A stretch of DNA of 64,000 bases from Vicinamibacteria bacterium (GTDB taxonomy: Bacteria; Acidobacteriota; Vicinamibacteria; Marinacidobacterales; Marinacidobacteraceae), in assembly GCA_963555995.3 (NCBI GenBank), contig OY821641.1:608001-672000 (forward strand), given 5' to 3'. The notes beneath the pieces are model-generated. The model was not told the DNA's origin and did no database searches. It saw only the letters and a list, made by a program, of their open reading frames with translations. Made by a program: the position numbers and the translations under genes. Shown here piece after piece: positions 60,861 through 64,000 of this stretch; position 1 is the stretch's first letter, and each line of letters opens with the position of its first letter.

Positions 60861-62243
60861 ATGAAACTCGTCACCCTCTTCGGCCGGCCGAACGTGGGGA
60901 AGTCCACCCTGTTCAACCGGATCATCGGCGGCCGGCCCGCCATCGTCCACGCGCGGCCGGGGTCCACCCGTGACGGCCGGCTGGAGCCGGCGGAGTGGCG
61001 CGGCGTCGGTTTCCGGCTCCACGACACCGGCGGGGCGGGGGCGCCGGACGCCTCGCCCTTCGCCCGCGAGATCCGGGCCCTCGCCGAGCGCACGGCGGCG
61101 CGGAGCGACGCGGTCGTCTTCGTGGTGGACGCCCGCGCGGGGCTGACCCCCGCCGACGAGGAGCTCGCCGACGGGCTCCGCCGGCAGGAGGACCGGCCTC
61201 CGGTGGTGCTGGTCGCGAACAAGGCCGAGGGCGTCCACGAGGCGGCGGCGGCCGAGTTCCACGCCCTCGGGCTCGGGGACCCGTTCCCGATCTCCGCCGA
61301 GCACGGCCTCGGGATCGCCGAGGTGCTCGACCGCATCGTCGAGACCCTCGAACCGGACCTCGGCGCGGCGCCGGTCCCCGAGGACTCCACTGCCGGCGGC
61401 GAGGCGCTCCGGGTCGCCATCGTGGGGCGCGCCAACGTGGGGAAGTCCACGCTGCTGAACCGCTTCTGCGGCTACGAGCGGGCGCTGGTCTCGGCGGTGG
61501 CCGGCACCACCCGCGACCCGGTGGACGAGCGCCTCACGGTCTCCGGCCGCGAGGTGGTGCTGGTGGACACCGCCGGCATCCGGCGCGGCGCCCGCCGCCG
61601 GGGCCAACTCTCGGCCTCCGGCCGGGGGGACGCCTACGAGGAGGCCGACGCGCTGGCGGTCCTGATGTCGGAGAAGGCGATCCGCCGGGCGCGGGTTGCC
61701 CTGTTAATTACGGATGCGGTGAAAGGTCCCACCGCCCGGGACGCCCAGATCGCCCGGCTGATCGAGGACGCCGGCTGTTCGGTGGTGGTCCTCCTGAACC
61801 GCTGGGACCTCGTGACCTCGCGGGCGGCGCGCTGGGCGGAACTCCGGCTCGACGTGCGGGAGCGCCTCCGGCACATCGGCCACGCCCCCCTCCTGCGGAT
61901 GTCCGCCATGACCGGGCAGGGCGTGGCGGCGATCTGGAAGTCGGTCTTCCGGGTGGCGGCGGAGGGGAGCCGGCGGATCCCCACGCCCGAGGTGAACCGG
62001 TTCCTCGCGCGCGCCTCGGAGCGCTTCGCCCCCCGTTCGCGCCGGGGCAGGGAGGTGAAGCTGCTCTACGGCTTCCAGTCGGGAGCGGCCCCGCCCCGGT
62101 TCCGGGTGTTCACGAACTGTCCCCGCGCGGACATCCTGCCCTCCTACCCCCGCTTCCTCGTCGGCGAGCTGCGCCGCCGCTACGGCTTCCGGGGGACCCC
62201 GGTCCGGCTCACGCTGGAGTACAGGAAGAAGCCGTCCCGGTAG
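60861..62243 (+). CDS. der: Ribosome biogenesis GTPase Der
   Basis: Two GRxNVGKS P-loops, DTGG/DTAG, ISAEHG; C-terminal GF.GTP. Confidence 0.93.
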   Translation: MKLVTLFGRPNVGKSTLFNRIIGGRPAIVHARPGSTRDGRLEPAEWRGVGFRLHDTGGAGAPDASPFAREIRALAERTAARSDAVVFVVDARAGLTPADEELADGLRRQEDRPPVVLVANKAEGVHEAAAAEFHALGLGDPFPISAEHGLGIAEVLDRIVETLEPDLGAAPVPEDSTAGGEALRVAIVGRANVGKSTLLNRFCGYERALVSAVAGTTRDPVDERLTVSGREVVLVDTAGIRRGARRRGQLSASGRGDAYEEADALAVLMSEKAIRRARVALLITDAVKGPTARDAQIARLIEDAGCSVVVLLNRWDLVTSRAARWAELRLDVRERLRHIGHAPLLRMSAMTGQGVAAIWKSVFRVAAEGSRRIPTPEVNRFLARASERFAPRSRRGREVKLLYGFQSGAAPPRFRVFTNCPRADILPSYPRFLVGELRRRYGFRGTPVRLTLEYRKKPSR

Positions 62244-62308
62244 CGCGCCCGGGGCTGTCCTACAATCGTGACGCCGCTCCGCCCCCGCGGGGGGTCGCGG
62301 CGCAACGG

Positions 62309-62596
62309 GTGTCCACATTGAACAAGGCGGATCTGGCGGAGGCCGTCCGGAGCTTCCACGGCGGCGTGACCGGGGCCGAGGCCCTCCGGATCGTGGACAC
62401 CATCTTCCGGAGCGCGGCGGACGGGCTGGCCGCCGGCGGTTCGCTGCGGATCCGGCGGTTCGGGTCGCTCGAAGTGCGCTCCCGCCGTCCCCGGCGGGGC
62501 GGCGACCCGCGCACCGGACGGACCTTCGTCGCCGCGGCCCACCGGACGCCCTTCTTCCGCCCCGCGCGCGGGCTGCTCGAGAGTCTGCAGAGCTGA
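62309..62596 (+). CDS. IHF-alpha/HU-family DNA-binding protein
   Basis: LNKADLAE...FGSL...GGDPRTG...FRP; sits in the familiar ihfA-merR-tRNA-Pro order. Confidence 0.8.
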   Translation: MSTLNKADLAEAVRSFHGGVTGAEALRIVDTIFRSAADGLAAGGSLRIRRFGSLEVRSRRPRRGGDPRTGRTFVAAAHRTPFFRPARGLLESLQS

Positions 62597-63006
62597 TGGC
62601 GGCGAGGGACGGCGGGCTCCAGATCCCGAACAAGCTCTACTTCCGGATCGGCGAGGTCAGCGAGATCACCGGGGTGCAGCCGTACACGCTGCGGCACTGG
62701 GAGATGGAGTTCCCGACGCTCAGTCCGAAGAAGAACGATTCGGGGCAGCGTCTCTACCGCAAGGAAGACATCGAGATGGTGCACACCATCCAGCGCCTGC
62801 TGCACAGCGAGGGGTACACCACCGCCGGCGCCCGGCGGCTGCTCAGCGCGAAGAGCGGCAAGCGCGGCCGGCCGGCGGCGCCCAAGCCGCCCCCGGCGCC
62901 CAGGCCCGAGCCGCAGCCCCTCCCGGCCCAGGCGCTGAAGGACGTGGAGGCGGCCCTCGAACTCATGGAGCGGAACGACAAGCTCCTCGCCGCGCTCGAC
63001 GAATAG
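62596..63006 (+). CDS. MerR-family transcriptional regulator
   Basis: KLYFRIGEVS...LRHWE.EF...GQRLY...EGYT. Confidence 0.9.
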   Translation: MAARDGGLQIPNKLYFRIGEVSEITGVQPYTLRHWEMEFPTLSPKKNDSGQRLYRKEDIEMVHTIQRLLHSEGYTTAGARRLLSAKSGKRGRPAAPKPPPAPRPEPQPLPAQALKDVEAALELMERNDKLLAALDE

Positions 63007-63023
63007 AATCCGGCCCGACCCGT

Positions 63024-63100
63024 CGGGACGTGGCGCAGTCTGGTAGCGCACTTGCTTGGGGTGCAAGTGGTCGTCGGTTCAAATCCGGCCGTCCCGACCA
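63024..63100 (+). tRNA. tRNA-Pro(GGG)
   Basis: Acceptor cgggacg/cgtcccg; anticodon arm cttgc-ttGGGgt-gcaag; CCA encoded. Confidence 0.95.
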
Positions 63101-63104
63101 CCAA

Positions 63105-63342
63105 GCGGCTTCCGGAGGGGGCCACGGGCTCGGTCGAGCCCTGGTCGCCAATCGTGATTGGCGTTGGGCCCCCCTCCGGAAGCCGCCCGGCGCTTCGCGC
63201 CGCAACCGGAACTCCCTCGCGCGCTGCCGCGCGCTTCGGCGAGTCCCGATTGGTCGTTTCTTTTTGTGAAAGGGAGTGCCCCCTTTCACACATTCCCCCC
63301 GGACACGCGGGCAGCGAACGAGTTCGCTGCCGTCAGTTTTTT
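63105..63342. ncRNA. Candidate structured element behind tRNA-Pro (copy 2)
   Basis: Same stem order and shared ~100-nt core as 34841-35087. Confidence 0.5.
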
Positions 63343-63571
63343 CCCTTGCTTCGTCAAGGAGCGCGCGTACGGCCTGGAACGCCGGCTTCAGCCGGCACAG
63401 CGCGCCGCAGGCGGGCGGCGGGACGGACCTCATCCCTTGACTTTGTCGGTGGATCGGGGTTGGTCGGGTGAAAGTGCAAGAGTGCCAACGGTCGGGGTTG
63501 GGATGAGCAATGTATTGGCCGCCGGGGTGGAACCGGCCGCAGCCTATACTGCGGTCCGGGAAATGGAGTCC

Positions 63572-63826
63572 ATGGCCGGCCAGAGCGTCGTCGCCCAACT
63601 GAGTGCGCAAATCCAGTCGTTCGCCGGTGAGGTGAGAAACGACCTCCAGGAAGTCAAGTCGCGCCTGTCGGGAGTTGAATCGGGCCTCGCCGAGGTCAGG
63701 AGCGACGTCGCGGTGTTGAAGAACGACGTGGCGGTGCTCAAGAAAGAGGTCCGGCTCATCTGGGGCGCCCTGTCCCTGTTGGTGGTGACCCTGACGGCAA
63801 TCCTGATTCGCATCTTCGCGAACTGA
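63572..63826 (+). CDS. Small coiled-coil protein with C-terminal transmembrane helix
   Basis: Heptads (DVAVLKN/DVAVLKK), then LIWGALSLLVVTLTAILI. TATACT and GGAG upstream; alternative ATG at 63563. Confidence 0.65.
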   Translation: MAGQSVVAQLSAQIQSFAGEVRNDLQEVKSRLSGVESGLAEVRSDVAVLKNDVAVLKKEVRLIWGALSLLVVTLTAILIRIFAN

Positions 63827-64000
63827 GCGGCCTCCAGACCGGCCCGCGCGGCGCTCCGCACCGCGCCCGTCGCAACCCCACCGCAGCCTCACGACCCGCA
63901 CCGCTTGGAACGCCGGTCTCCAGACCGGCACAGCGGCGCTCCGCGCCGCGCACGTCGTGACGCTACCGACCCTCACGGCACGTACAGCTTGGAACCCACC

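Overview
High-GC bacterial chromosomal segment. The gene content (Oar-like TonB-dependent receptor with TPR and CRTAC1 proteins, DUF1326) suggests Acidobacteriota; this is inference. Most of the window is housekeeping or metabolic: recA, ftsK, cell-wall amidase, uppP, rsmA, trxB, purA, type-2 ileS, gmk, coaBC, UDG, priA, der, HU/IHF, lat, thiolase/hbd, and a Tat-exported Mo-hydroxylase operon. It also holds four tRNAs (Phe, Lys, Glu, Pro) and one intact IS256 element (27-bp TIR, 9-bp TSD). The intergenic DNA carries about 30 REP-like palindromes as doublets and tandem arrays, and two copies of a 179-bp folded MITE-like element. The best candidates for undescribed biology are: (i) a NYN/LabA ribonuclease gene bracketed by two copies of an ~80-bp promoter + hairpin + U-tract unit, resembling an RNA-antitoxin layout; (ii) an ~240-nt element with conserved fold but partly replaced sequence, directly behind two different tRNA genes; (iii) an AAA-ATPase/DUF4276-like pair. 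All family calls come from motif recognition by eye; no searches were run.
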